From the IMG/VR virus record IMGVR_UViG_3300032312_001958: a stretch of DNA of 64,000 nucleotides; one strand, 5' to 3'. Of this stretch, positions 37,673 through 46,784 are shown one piece after another; positions within the stretch are counted from its first letter, which is position 1, and each line of letters starts with the position of its first letter. The notes beneath the pieces were generated by a model. That model had not been told where the DNA came from, did no database searches, and saw nothing but the letters and a program-made list of their open reading frames with translations. This DNA comes from a virus (lineage: Duplodnaviria; Caudoviricetes). Position numbers and translations under genes: made by a program.

Positions 37673-38977
37673 ATGAAAGAAACCTATTTAATAAAAAAAA
37701 TCAGGGAAGTTTTAAAAGAAACTAGTTCAAGTTCGGCAGCAGGAATTTATAATATGCCATTAAGCCCCGGTTTAAGAATATGGAAAAAGAAACAAATGGG
37801 TGCGTTCACAGAAAAATTAAATGGGTATCATAACGCTGAGTTATATGTTGACGCATTGGATGGTAATATCGATACTAAAAATGCTGAAGAAAAAGAAAAA
37901 GTATCTGAAAAAATATCTAAATATTATGGGATACACTCATCTCAAAATGATGAAGATGGTGATATATTAAATGATTTTTCAGGTGACATAAAAGAGGCAA
38001 CTGCGGGATATGAAGGTGAATATACTCCTCCGTTGACTTTTGGTAATATCGATTGGGACAACCACGTGTTGGCTCCATTTATTGACCACTCAGGACATCA
38101 TCACAATACTAAAGTAATTAAAAAAGAAGTTAAAGGTAAAATCAAATCCAAAAATAGTGGGTATGTTGAAAAAGACCATCCAAATAAAGGAAAACATAGT
38201 CGAATAATTACACCTAAACAAAATGTTGTTAATGAAGACTTAGCCGTTTGGTTTGGTAAAAAAAAGAAACCAAAAGGTAGTAAACAACCTAAAGGTCCTT
38301 GGGTGAATATATGTAAGAAGGTTGATGGTAAACACCCTCCTTGTGGAAGACCTAAAGCGAGTGACAAAGCGTACCCAAAATGTAGGGCAGCGGGAGTTGC
38401 TGGTAAAATGTCCGATTCAGAAAAAAGAAACGCGTGTCAACAAAAAAGAAGAGCTGAAAAAACACATCCTAAAACAGGTACTGGAAACAAACCTAAAATG
38501 GTTTCTCACAAAACAAATGAAAGTATGTCAAAAAAAATTAAAATAACAGAATCCCAATTAAAAAATTTAGTAAATTTTCTTAACGAACAAACCACATTAC
38601 CAATAACTCTTTCATGTATGGAACCCGATAATCCGAGCTCACCAGGTGTACAATTTAAAAACCTAAGTTTTGTAAATAAATCAACAAAACAAGTTGGGGA
38701 CAAACAAGAAACAACTTTTATTTTTGATAAAACAAGTATGGAAGTTTATAAACAAGAATCAGGACAACAAAAATTCACATTAATTAAAATTGAAAATCCT
38801 GAGTTATCAGATGTACTTGAAAAAAAAGGGTTTAAAAATGCCTCAAGTTTTAATTTCTTAAAAACATACCACTTAAATAGAAAGTTTTATTGCGGGGTTT
38901 TCTTTAATAAAGATAATGATTCGTCAGATACTTTTGCTAAAACAAATAATCTTGTTTCAATTAAAACAACGAAATAA
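37673..38977 (+). CDS. Putative polyprotein of tags and modules separated by xxE sites
   Basis: VLKE/TSSSSAAGIYNMPL; DIKE/ATAGYEGEYTPPL; VVNE/DLAVWF + basic Cys module; TNE/SMSKKIKITESQLKNLVNFLNE/Q. Confidence 0.7.
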   Translation: MKETYLIKKIREVLKETSSSSAAGIYNMPLSPGLRIWKKKQMGAFTEKLNGYHNAELYVDALDGNIDTKNAEEKEKVSEKISKYYGIHSSQNDEDGDILNDFSGDIKEATAGYEGEYTPPLTFGNIDWDNHVLAPFIDHSGHHHNTKVIKKEVKGKIKSKNSGYVEKDHPNKGKHSRIITPKQNVVNEDLAVWFGKKKKPKGSKQPKGPWVNICKKVDGKHPPCGRPKASDKAYPKCRAAGVAGKMSDSEKRNACQQKRRAEKTHPKTGTGNKPKMVSHKTNESMSKKIKITESQLKNLVNFLNEQTTLPITLSCMEPDNPSSPGVQFKNLSFVNKSTKQVGDKQETTFIFDKTSMEVYKQESGQQKFTLIKIENPELSDVLEKKGFKNASSFNFLKTYHLNRKFYCGVFFNKDNDSSDTFAKTNNLVSIKTTK

Positions 38978-38979
38978 TA

Positions 38980-39240
38980 TTATTTAGTTGTTAAAGAATC
39001 TAATTTTTGTAAATCTTCATCACTTACAAAATACAGACCGACAAACTTGTCAAATTCACTCTTAGGTAAGTTTTTAAGATACCTTGCCAATGTTTGTTGA
39101 GAATACCAATCATCTGAATGTACTTCTTGTGGTTGAGTTACACACGTTTTTGTGTTCTTAGAACATTCTTTGTTTGTAACACAAGAAGATAAAAATACTA
39201 TTGATAATAAAACAAAAAAGAATTTGATTGATGATTTCAT
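38980..39240 (-). CDS. Small lipoprotein, possibly o-spanin-like
   Basis: MKSSIKFFFVLLSIVFLSS-C lipobox; TATTTAT 4 nt upstream. Confidence 0.65.
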   Translation of the reverse strand: MKSSIKFFFVLLSIVFLSSCVTNKECSKNTKTCVTQPQEVHSDDWYSQQTLARYLKNLPKSEFDKFVGLYFVSDEDLQKLDSLTTK

Positions 39241-39312
39241 ACTTATAAATATTTAAGTTTATATTGTAAAGTTACATCAAAATTATTGTTCTACAAAATA
39301 TTTATTAAAAAA

Positions 39313-39705
39313 ATGAAAGTCTGTTTAAAATACCCAAAGAAAACTTTAACTAATAAAGAACTAACAATCCTTGGCGACTTTATAAATTTATTGCAAAAAA
39401 TCATGCCACTTTCAGGTGAAATAAAAATCATGTTATTAAATAAAAGGGTTGGTAAAATGACAACAGGTTCTTATAAAAAAAGTAACCATATTATTAAAGT
39501 TTTAATTAAAAATAGATTACTTGCAGATATGTTAAGAACCTTGTCACATGAATGGGGACACGCTTTTGATAATGAACATATTAATTTTGAAGATAGGAGA
39601 GAGGTTGGAGGTAAGTCTGAAAATTTTGCAAATGCAATATCAGGAGCCGTAACCAAACACTTCATCAAAAAAAATCCTCAAGTTGAGGATATTATTTTTG
39701 AGTAA
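39313..39705 (+). CDS. Zincin-like HExxH metallopeptidase
   Basis: RTLSHEWGH ... ENFANA. Confidence 0.75.
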   Translation: MKVCLKYPKKTLTNKELTILGDFINLLQKIMPLSGEIKIMLLNKRVGKMTTGSYKKSNHIIKVLIKNRLLADMLRTLSHEWGHAFDNEHINFEDRREVGGKSENFANAISGAVTKHFIKKNPQVEDIIFE

Positions 39706-40104
39706 TTAATTACAAATTTTAGAATAGATAGTCTCTAAAGAATGTTTGATTTGTACATCTAAATCTTTTTCCATCTGTAAAGCCCTTTCTTCCATCTCTT
39801 TTTTGAAAAAGTCTTTTAATTTTGACCAATCAACATCAGGTAGTTTAATAAAATAACTATAAGTATGGTTAGTAATTGTTACCTCACCATCTTCCATAGT
39901 GATAAAAATACCATATTGCTCGTTTTTAATATATTTTTTACGAGAAATCGGGGCAATTAACAACTCAGAATTAGGATTGTGAATCAATCTTCGACAAATT
40001 GCGGTACATTGATTTATACGTGTCCTTTGAAGTTTTCTAAGTTCACTTTCATTGATACTTCTAACAAAAATTTTGTAACGGGCAATTAATCTTTTTAGTG
40101 ACAT
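39706..40104 (-). CDS. Hypothetical protein
   Basis: ORF track; TATCTTTG promoter at 40125-40132. Confidence 0.7.
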   Translation of the reverse strand: MSLKRLIARYKIFVRSINESELRKLQRTRINQCTAICRRLIHNPNSELLIAPISRKKYIKNEQYGIFITMEDGEVTITNHTYSYFIKLPDVDWSKLKDFFKKEMEERALQMEKDLDVQIKHSLETIYSKICN

Positions 40105-40148
40105 TTTTTATTTATTTATGTCTACAAAGATATTACAAAAATTTTAAT

Positions 40149-40667
40149 TTAACAATAAGGTGATGAACATTTTTTCTTACCATCTAAACCTGGCATTCTT
40201 CCTTTACATACTTGTACGGCATAACCGTTAGCGTATGCTGATGGATAAACTTTAAATTTAGATTTTGCGGCTGATTTACCACGAGAACAAAGTTTTGTTC
40301 CTGACTTTTTACGACCTTCATTCATTTGATATAACGCCAAGGCTTCATCAGGGTTATCAATCGCCATTGACATGTCGTCTAAAACATTGTCATTTTCCAT
40401 CATATCGCCATCATCTATATTCATAGACAATTCCATACCATCTTTTTTCGTTTCATTCATTAGAAAGTCAAATACTTGGTCCATATTGTTTTTTGCCTCA
40501 GCAATATGGTCTTGAGCCCAATCATGACCATTAGATAGAATCTCTTCAACCATGTTACGGTCTAAATCTAATAATAAGTCACATTGTCTTCTCATTTGTT
40601 CTAAATTACTGAAAAACATATATCTTTCAGATTCTTCTTTTAAAATTTTTTTAATTAATTTTTCCAT
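40149..40667 (-). CDS. Tagged protein with a basic C-terminal module (DUF5872-like)
   Basis: MEKLIKKILKEE; QMNE/GRKKSGTKLC..AKSKFKVYPSAYANG. Confidence 0.7.
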   Translation of the reverse strand: MEKLIKKILKEESERYMFFSNLEQMRRQCDLLLDLDRNMVEEILSNGHDWAQDHIAEAKNNMDQVFDFLMNETKKDGMELSMNIDDGDMMENDNVLDDMSMAIDNPDEALALYQMNEGRKKSGTKLCSRGKSAAKSKFKVYPSAYANGYAVQVCKGRMPGLDGKKKCSSPYC

Positions 40668-40668
40668 A

Positions 40669-41175
40669 TTATCCTTTTAATTCTTCTTTTAATTGGTCAC
40701 AAATTATTGATAAAAAAGATTCGATTTCCCTTTCGAGTCCTTCATATTTTTCAAACAAATTCTCGCCTTCTTCAGACTCAAAATTACATACTGAATAATC
40801 ACCATCAGATGTACAATATATTTCACCGTAAAACTCATCATTACCTATTGTAAAATAACCTGTATGAATAATCTCATCTAATTTTTGTTCTGTAACTTCA
40901 TATTTAAATGACATTTTTGGTATGTTTGGGGCTCCGTCAAAATTCCAAACTTCACCTGTTTGTACCAATTCTTTTGATGATGTCAATTCCTTATCATCTA
41001 AAAATTCGTTAGTTAATGAATAATGGTCTAAATATTTTTTTTCTTTATCTGTTAAAGATTTCATACCTGAAGAATTAATCTTATCAAGTATTGCATCTAT
41101 TTCTTCCATACCTTCATTTAAAAAGTTATCAATTATAAATTTTAACTGAGATTCTTTTAATATTAATTTTTTCAT
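40669..41175 (-). CDS. Tagged protein with a DUF6576-like helical motif
   Basis: MKKLILKESQLKFII..FLNE; EIDAILDKI..SGM.SLT..EK..L. Confidence 0.65.
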   Translation of the reverse strand: MKKLILKESQLKFIIDNFLNEGMEEIDAILDKINSSGMKSLTDKEKKYLDHYSLTNEFLDDKELTSSKELVQTGEVWNFDGAPNIPKMSFKYEVTEQKLDEIIHTGYFTIGNDEFYGEIYCTSDGDYSVCNFESEEGENLFEKYEGLEREIESFLSIICDQLKEELKG

Positions 41176-42665
41176 TTTTTATTAACTATTTGAAACTTTA
41201 ATGTTCTTTTATAAGTATCTACCTCACCCGATGTTAATACTTTAATATCTACAAAATACTCATTTGGTATTTTATCTCTTGTATCAAAAATAAAATAATA
41301 TTCATTTGAAGTTCGGTTAATTTGAGTCCAATCTTGTACTTGTACTTCGGTTTGACCTTCTCTTACGTATATTCTATAATAAGCGTTAACTTTTTGTAAT
41401 AATTCATTTGTCGAATAAGCCTTTTTAATTATTACACCTACCTTTCTTATATCGGTATTTAATATTTTTTCATCCTGTTTAATTCCGTAAAAATCAAATC
41501 CAAATAACTCAGGGTCTTTACTCTGTATACCTATTTGAAAAGATTGAGAAAATGGTAATACAATAAAATCATTGGTAATTGAAGGTAAAATATTATTATC
41601 GTATTCTAAATTCTTCCAAACATCATTGTATGTACAAGGATTTGTAATTACAATAGAAGGAACTTCAACTTTATATACCCCTTTAGTAACTAAACAAGTT
41701 GATAAATCTTGAAATAAAACTGTTCCAGTGTTACTAACTATATCAACCAAAGGAGTTGTATCTAAATTTGTAAAATCACCATTAATATAAGAGTATAGGT
41801 ATAAATTGTTTGTTGTGTTACCATAAAAAGAATTCCTGTCATCTTTAATTAAATCATTATAGTTAGTTTCTAAATATGGTTCATAAAAAGTTTGAGTGTG
41901 TCTTGTAAAAAATCCAACAACATAGTTTTCAGTTAAACCTGTTAGTGTTTCTAAATCAGGTAAGAACGCAATTCCCCAACCAGCAATTTGAGTACCATTT
42001 AAGACCGCATTTATTTCTGAAGTCATGTTAAATTCAATATCTTCATTACCAAATTCAAAATGTTGAGTATCAACAATTGTTATTGCGGAGTAATTAATTC
42101 CTCCACCTATTGCGGAATTGGTATTGTCGTATATGCCGGGAGTTTCCCAAGCCGTAGTTGTTGTTAAATTGTACCAATTTGACGGTCTTTCAGAAAATGC
42201 TTTGTCGTTAATTTCTTCACTCGGAGTTAACACTCCTGTTGGAGTGTTAGATGTTTTGTTTGTTGGATAGTAATCGTATCCAACCCCTTCGTCCCAATTA
42301 ACAAAATTATTATTACTATCGTATGTGGAAGGTATTCTAAATAAAATTAAATCAAACGAAGTTGCTCTTTTTACTCCTTCAGAATCTTTAGTATTTAATA
42401 ACTCCTCATCAAAAGATGAGGTATTTGTCATTCGTAATGTATGAGTTATTTGACCATTACAGTCAGTTGTGATTATTCCATTATTGTATTTTTGTATTAA
42501 ACCACTTAAATCTAAATTAAAAATAAATCTTGAATAAGACGTATTTGTGAATGACTCTGAAGTTGGTCCAAAATAAAGTTGTGTTACAGGATTTCTACCT
42601 GTATTAGTATAACTATTGTATAATAATGTATTATTCTTGCTAAAATAAGATTTATGAACTGACAT
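41172..42665 (-). CDS. Putative structural (tail or baseplate) protein
   Basis: 497 aa, T/N/aromatic beta-rich, WDEG.G.DY; palindromic TATTTATAAATA at 42678-42689. Confidence 0.55.
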   Translation of the reverse strand: MSVHKSYFSKNNTLLYNSYTNTGRNPVTQLYFGPTSESFTNTSYSRFIFNLDLSGLIQKYNNGIITTDCNGQITHTLRMTNTSSFDEELLNTKDSEGVKRATSFDLILFRIPSTYDSNNNFVNWDEGVGYDYYPTNKTSNTPTGVLTPSEEINDKAFSERPSNWYNLTTTTAWETPGIYDNTNSAIGGGINYSAITIVDTQHFEFGNEDIEFNMTSEINAVLNGTQIAGWGIAFLPDLETLTGLTENYVVGFFTRHTQTFYEPYLETNYNDLIKDDRNSFYGNTTNNLYLYSYINGDFTNLDTTPLVDIVSNTGTVLFQDLSTCLVTKGVYKVEVPSIVITNPCTYNDVWKNLEYDNNILPSITNDFIVLPFSQSFQIGIQSKDPELFGFDFYGIKQDEKILNTDIRKVGVIIKKAYSTNELLQKVNAYYRIYVREGQTEVQVQDWTQINRTSNEYYFIFDTRDKIPNEYFVDIKVLTSGEVDTYKRTLKFQIVNKK

Positions 42666-42689
42666 TTATAAATGGTTTATTTATAAATA

Positions 42690-44225
42690 TCAATTAATAC
42701 GAATATTTTGGTTTAAAACAGTATTTCTAGCGTCAGCTAAAGCATCTCTTAACTTTTGTTTAGTTAATTTTCTAACACCATATGGACCTTCATCAGGAGA
42801 TTCATTCGGGTTATGTACGTGGTCAGTAACAAAATCAACTATCAGGTCTAATAAGTCTAACAATTTTTCTCCTCTAACTGAAGAGTTAGTTTTATCAACA
42901 AAAGATTCTAAATCTTCAATATTTAATGTGTCAATAGTATTTGATAAATTTACTTCTTCAGTACCAATTGATTGTAAATGACTTAATAAAAATATTGTGT
43001 CGGCACCTATTGTCGTATAAGTCTCATCTATTTTTTCAACTTCTTTTTCAAATACTTCTTCTTTTTTAGGTTTTGGTGGTTGTACCAATAAATTTTTACC
43101 ATAAACTATAGATGATTCTGAAGATGTAAAATATTTTACAAAATTTTTAAAATCGTTAGAATTTTTATTTATAATTGGATTGGAATTTCTCAACCCATTT
43201 GTAATATTTGGCCCAAAACAAAAGAAAGATGGGTATCTAGGTTCTTTAATTTGAAAATTTGGCATCGGGGGCATATTAATTAATCCCAAATCGCCAAATG
43301 ATTTTTCTAAAAATGTGTTAATTAATGTAGTTGCGGACACCAACGATAGAGAGTTAAAAGTGTATTCAAATAATGTACTACCTATAGAATCTGAAAAATC
43401 AGTGTCTTGAGTAATGTTGGTCGATAAAGTTTTTTCACTTTCTAATAGTTCATAAATTTTTACACTTCCTGTAAAAGTACCATTAATCGGAGGATTTGGA
43501 TTACTTTCTAAATTATCGACATCGTAAATAATTAATTTCTTAACAGGAATAGAATCAGTTTGATTATACAAAAAAATTGTAGGTTCCGGATTTGTGGTTA
43601 TTTTTTCTTTAAAGTGTGATAAGTTTACGAATGCTCTGTTAAAATTTCTTTTTGGAATTTGGTTAGGTACAAATTCATAAACTTTACCGGCCCTTAATAA
43701 TAAACTATTTTGTCCTAAAACCACATCTGAGGTTCCTCTTCCCATAACCGCAACTTCTGAATTTTTAGGAAAAACCCCTTCGATGTTTTGGTTAATTAAT
43801 TTTGGAGACCCGTAATTAAACGGTTTACCTTTTGTATTTGATGATGGACCAACTAAAGATTTTGGTTGAGCTATATTATCTCCCTGTCCTGTATTCGCTA
43901 AAGTTTGTTCATATGTCTCACCTCCAATATTCAAAATGTTTGACGGAGAAAATTGTATCCAATATTGGTCTTGAAAAGTACTCTCAAATGGATTAGCGTA
44001 AAACAATAAAACAGTCTCACCTTCTTGAGGTGCTTGATTAAAAAAAATAGGTAATAATGAAACAAAAACGTATGGGTCATTATCCGACCATTTTGTAAAT
44101 GATGTTTTATTTAATGCCGTCTCATCAATTCCTTGTGGGTATGCTCTTATTTTAAGTGTGCCTGGTTGAGACGCTCCGTCAACGTTTAATACCTTACCTA
44201 ATTTTATTATTTTTTTATTTACCAT
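42690..44225 (-). CDS. Putative baseplate hub/spike protein (gp5-like OB-fold N-terminus, HxH C-terminus)
   Basis: GKV..VD...G.LK.R..P..GE.V; GRG.SD..L; RGEKL..LL..I....HVH. Confidence 0.55.
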   Translation of the reverse strand: MVNKKIIKLGKVLNVDGASQPGTLKIRAYPQGIDETALNKTSFTKWSDNDPYVFVSLLPIFFNQAPQEGETVLLFYANPFESTFQDQYWIQFSPSNILNIGGETYEQTLANTGQGDNIAQPKSLVGPSSNTKGKPFNYGSPKLINQNIEGVFPKNSEVAVMGRGTSDVVLGQNSLLLRAGKVYEFVPNQIPKRNFNRAFVNLSHFKEKITTNPEPTIFLYNQTDSIPVKKLIIYDVDNLESNPNPPINGTFTGSVKIYELLESEKTLSTNITQDTDFSDSIGSTLFEYTFNSLSLVSATTLINTFLEKSFGDLGLINMPPMPNFQIKEPRYPSFFCFGPNITNGLRNSNPIINKNSNDFKNFVKYFTSSESSIVYGKNLLVQPPKPKKEEVFEKEVEKIDETYTTIGADTIFLLSHLQSIGTEEVNLSNTIDTLNIEDLESFVDKTNSSVRGEKLLDLLDLIVDFVTDHVHNPNESPDEGPYGVRKLTKQKLRDALADARNTVLNQNIRIN

Positions 44226-44430
44226 TTCTAGTCTGATATTCTTCTAAGATTCTATTGTATAATGACTCAACTTCATCAAAATGATTAGTCATTTTTAAAA
44301 TAATTTGTTTCGTAGTTTCAAAGTTTTCTTTTAGAAAATCCATTGCGGTCTCTAATTCTTTATTATTTTTATTTTTATAATCTTTGATTATCTCCAAAAT
44401 TTTTTCCGAGTTCTTATCTGTTTGTATCAT
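44215..44430 (-). CDS. Small coiled-coil protein
   Basis: ORF track; operon context. Confidence 0.65.
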   Translation of the reverse strand: MIQTDKNSEKILEIIKDYKNKNNKELETAMDFLKENFETTKQIILKMTNHFDEVESLYNRILEEYQTRNGK

Positions 44431-44432
44431 AA

Positions 44433-46394
44433 TTAAAACTTTTTACCGTATGCTGATGATGGTATAGTTGTACCTCCACCAAATGCCGCGACAGCGAGTG
44501 CAGGTATTGCAATCTGTACTTTACCATTTGCTGCTTCTTCTTCCGCCATAGATTTCATTTGCGCCAATTTTGCCAATACAAATTTATTTGGAGCTCCACT
44601 TGGTAAAGAACCTGTTGGTATTCCTAATTTTTGTAATTCTTCTAATGTATTTAAAAATGCTCTAGTGTAAGAATATCCATCTAAAGCCTGTGACGCAAAA
44701 AGTAAAGGTAATGGTATTGAACTACCCAAACCAGTTGTTGCGATTTTGAATAATTTTAATAATTCATCAATCACTGATTTACATTGCCTATAATCAGATA
44801 TAAAACTTGCAACAACAATTAATAATTGAACTAGTTTAGTTATCATTATAATTTTTGTAGATGCTTTTTCTTTTGCCAAATCTTTTACAATGACTTGTAA
44901 CAATTCAAAAATATCTTTTTTTATTTGTTCAAATAATTCTTTAATAAAAATGGAGACAATTTTTGAAATTAAATTAACCACCAATTTTTTAAATTTTTTA
45001 AAAAAATCCCCAACATTATCAATTAAATAATCAATATTCTCACCAGCGGCTTGAGTTAATGATTTAATCATTATCATCAGTGGTAATATTACTTTAGGTG
45101 ATAAAACAGACATTACTAAACCTATTGGTAAATTTTTTAAAAAATCGGTATTTAAACTTAATTGGTATGCAGGTAAATTAACTGATGAATTAATATATTT
45201 ATCTTTTTCTAAATTACTTAATATAGAATCTGTTAAATTTTGTATTAGTTCAAGTTCATCATTTTTACTTGTACCACTCAAAATTTGTTCTAAATTTTGA
45301 AATATTAATTCACTATCAATTGGTAATTGCACATTATCACAATCAGTTAATTCAATTATACCATTTAGAAATTTAGTTCTCTCTTCTTCAATTTGACGTA
45401 AATTTAAAGATGTTAGTTCAAAAAAATCTTCATCAATACCATCTAATTCAGGTATTTTTGATGACCCCTGAACATCAATTTCAGTTGCTGAGTCAAAACA
45501 TAAACCTAAAATTCTTGTAATAAATTTATTCATTTTAAGACTTGCGTCCAAAGTATTTGTACCCGCTTGTACTGATAATGCTCCAGTAAGTAAATCCGTT
45601 ATTTTACCAGCATATAAGTGGGACTCGATAATATCTATACTTTGATAATAATCGACAATAAAACTTGATACTTTGTTTGCAATAGGACCTGAATTATCTT
45701 GTAACCTATTAGATAACTCAACTTTAAAAAATTGACCACTATTACCTTGTCCGTCAGTCTCTACAAAGGTTATATTAAATAAATCTTGACCTGATGCACC
45801 TTTATATAATAAACCTTGGTTATTTGGAGAATTTTGATACGACTCATTAATATTTTGAGTCCTGTTGTATAATTCTTTGTTTAAACTTTTTTTAGTATCT
45901 GACGAGTTAAATGATTTTTTTTCGTAATAAATTTTACCTCTTTTTGTGTTTGGGTCTATTTGTAACTGTTTAAAAAAATCAATTGAATTAACATTAATAT
46001 ATACTGGTTCGTTTGAAATGAATTCTTGTTCTGAATCACAATTAATTGCATTTATAATTTCTTGTATTATTAAATTACGTATTTCAGGTTTTTTCTTTTC
46101 AATTGTTTGAATAAATTTATTTTTTAAATAATTAACAGTATTTTTACCTTTACCCTTAGTTAAGGTATTAATGTCAAATAACTGAGAAAATTGATTTTTA
46201 GTATCCTGTTTAATTTTTTCAGCATTTTTTTTAAGTTCGTCTAACCCTACTTGACCTTTGGATAATAATGATTCTAAATTATCCCCTTGATTCTTTAAAA
46301 CTTCTTGCAAAGAAGTTTTGGCTTCCGTGTAAGATTTAACGGAGCTAATTTCAGATTTTAAATTCTCATAACTATCGTCTAAATCTATAACCAT
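44433..46394 (-). CDS. Large helical hypothetical protein, probably structural
   Basis: 653-aa ORF in a late operon. Confidence 0.7.
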   Translation of the reverse strand: MVIDLDDSYENLKSEISSVKSYTEAKTSLQEVLKNQGDNLESLLSKGQVGLDELKKNAEKIKQDTKNQFSQLFDINTLTKGKGKNTVNYLKNKFIQTIEKKKPEIRNLIIQEIINAINCDSEQEFISNEPVYINVNSIDFFKQLQIDPNTKRGKIYYEKKSFNSSDTKKSLNKELYNRTQNINESYQNSPNNQGLLYKGASGQDLFNITFVETDGQGNSGQFFKVELSNRLQDNSGPIANKVSSFIVDYYQSIDIIESHLYAGKITDLLTGALSVQAGTNTLDASLKMNKFITRILGLCFDSATEIDVQGSSKIPELDGIDEDFFELTSLNLRQIEEERTKFLNGIIELTDCDNVQLPIDSELIFQNLEQILSGTSKNDELELIQNLTDSILSNLEKDKYINSSVNLPAYQLSLNTDFLKNLPIGLVMSVLSPKVILPLMIMIKSLTQAAGENIDYLIDNVGDFFKKFKKLVVNLISKIVSIFIKELFEQIKKDIFELLQVIVKDLAKEKASTKIIMITKLVQLLIVVASFISDYRQCKSVIDELLKLFKIATTGLGSSIPLPLLFASQALDGYSYTRAFLNTLEELQKLGIPTGSLPSGAPNKFVLAKLAQMKSMAEEEAANGKVQIAIPALAVAAFGGGTTIPSSAYGKKF

Positions 46395-46756
46395 TATAAT
46401 TTTAAATTAATGTTAGTATCAGAATCAATGTCCTTTTCAATCAGACCTTTTAAAACCTCATCATCAAATTCAGACAAACTAAAAGATTCTGTTTGTGAAT
46501 TTTTTTCCCAAATATTTGCTTGTAACTTTGAAAGACTTAATTTTTTTTCAACACACTCGTTAATTATTTTTTGTTGTTTTTCTATAACAGGTCCAATTAA
46601 AGTCATGTCTTCAGGTTCTTTCATCATAGAAATCATTTTATTTTGAATTCTTAAAGCGGTTGACCTCTGTTCAACTAATTCGTTGTAAATTTCTTGCATA
46701 AGCGCTTGTAGAGAATCTTTGGTAAAATTAATTTCTTTTTTTCTTGGTTTGGTCAT
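46394..46756 (-). CDS. Conserved hypothetical coiled-coil protein
   Basis: ORF track; TATTTAT 4 nt upstream. Confidence 0.7.
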   Translation of the reverse strand: MTKPRKKEINFTKDSLQALMQEIYNELVEQRSTALRIQNKMISMMKEPEDMTLIGPVIEKQQKIINECVEKKLSLSKLQANIWEKNSQTESFSLSEFDDEVLKGLIEKDIDSDTNINLKL

Positions 46757-46784
46757 ATAAATAAATATAAAATTAACTATTTTA

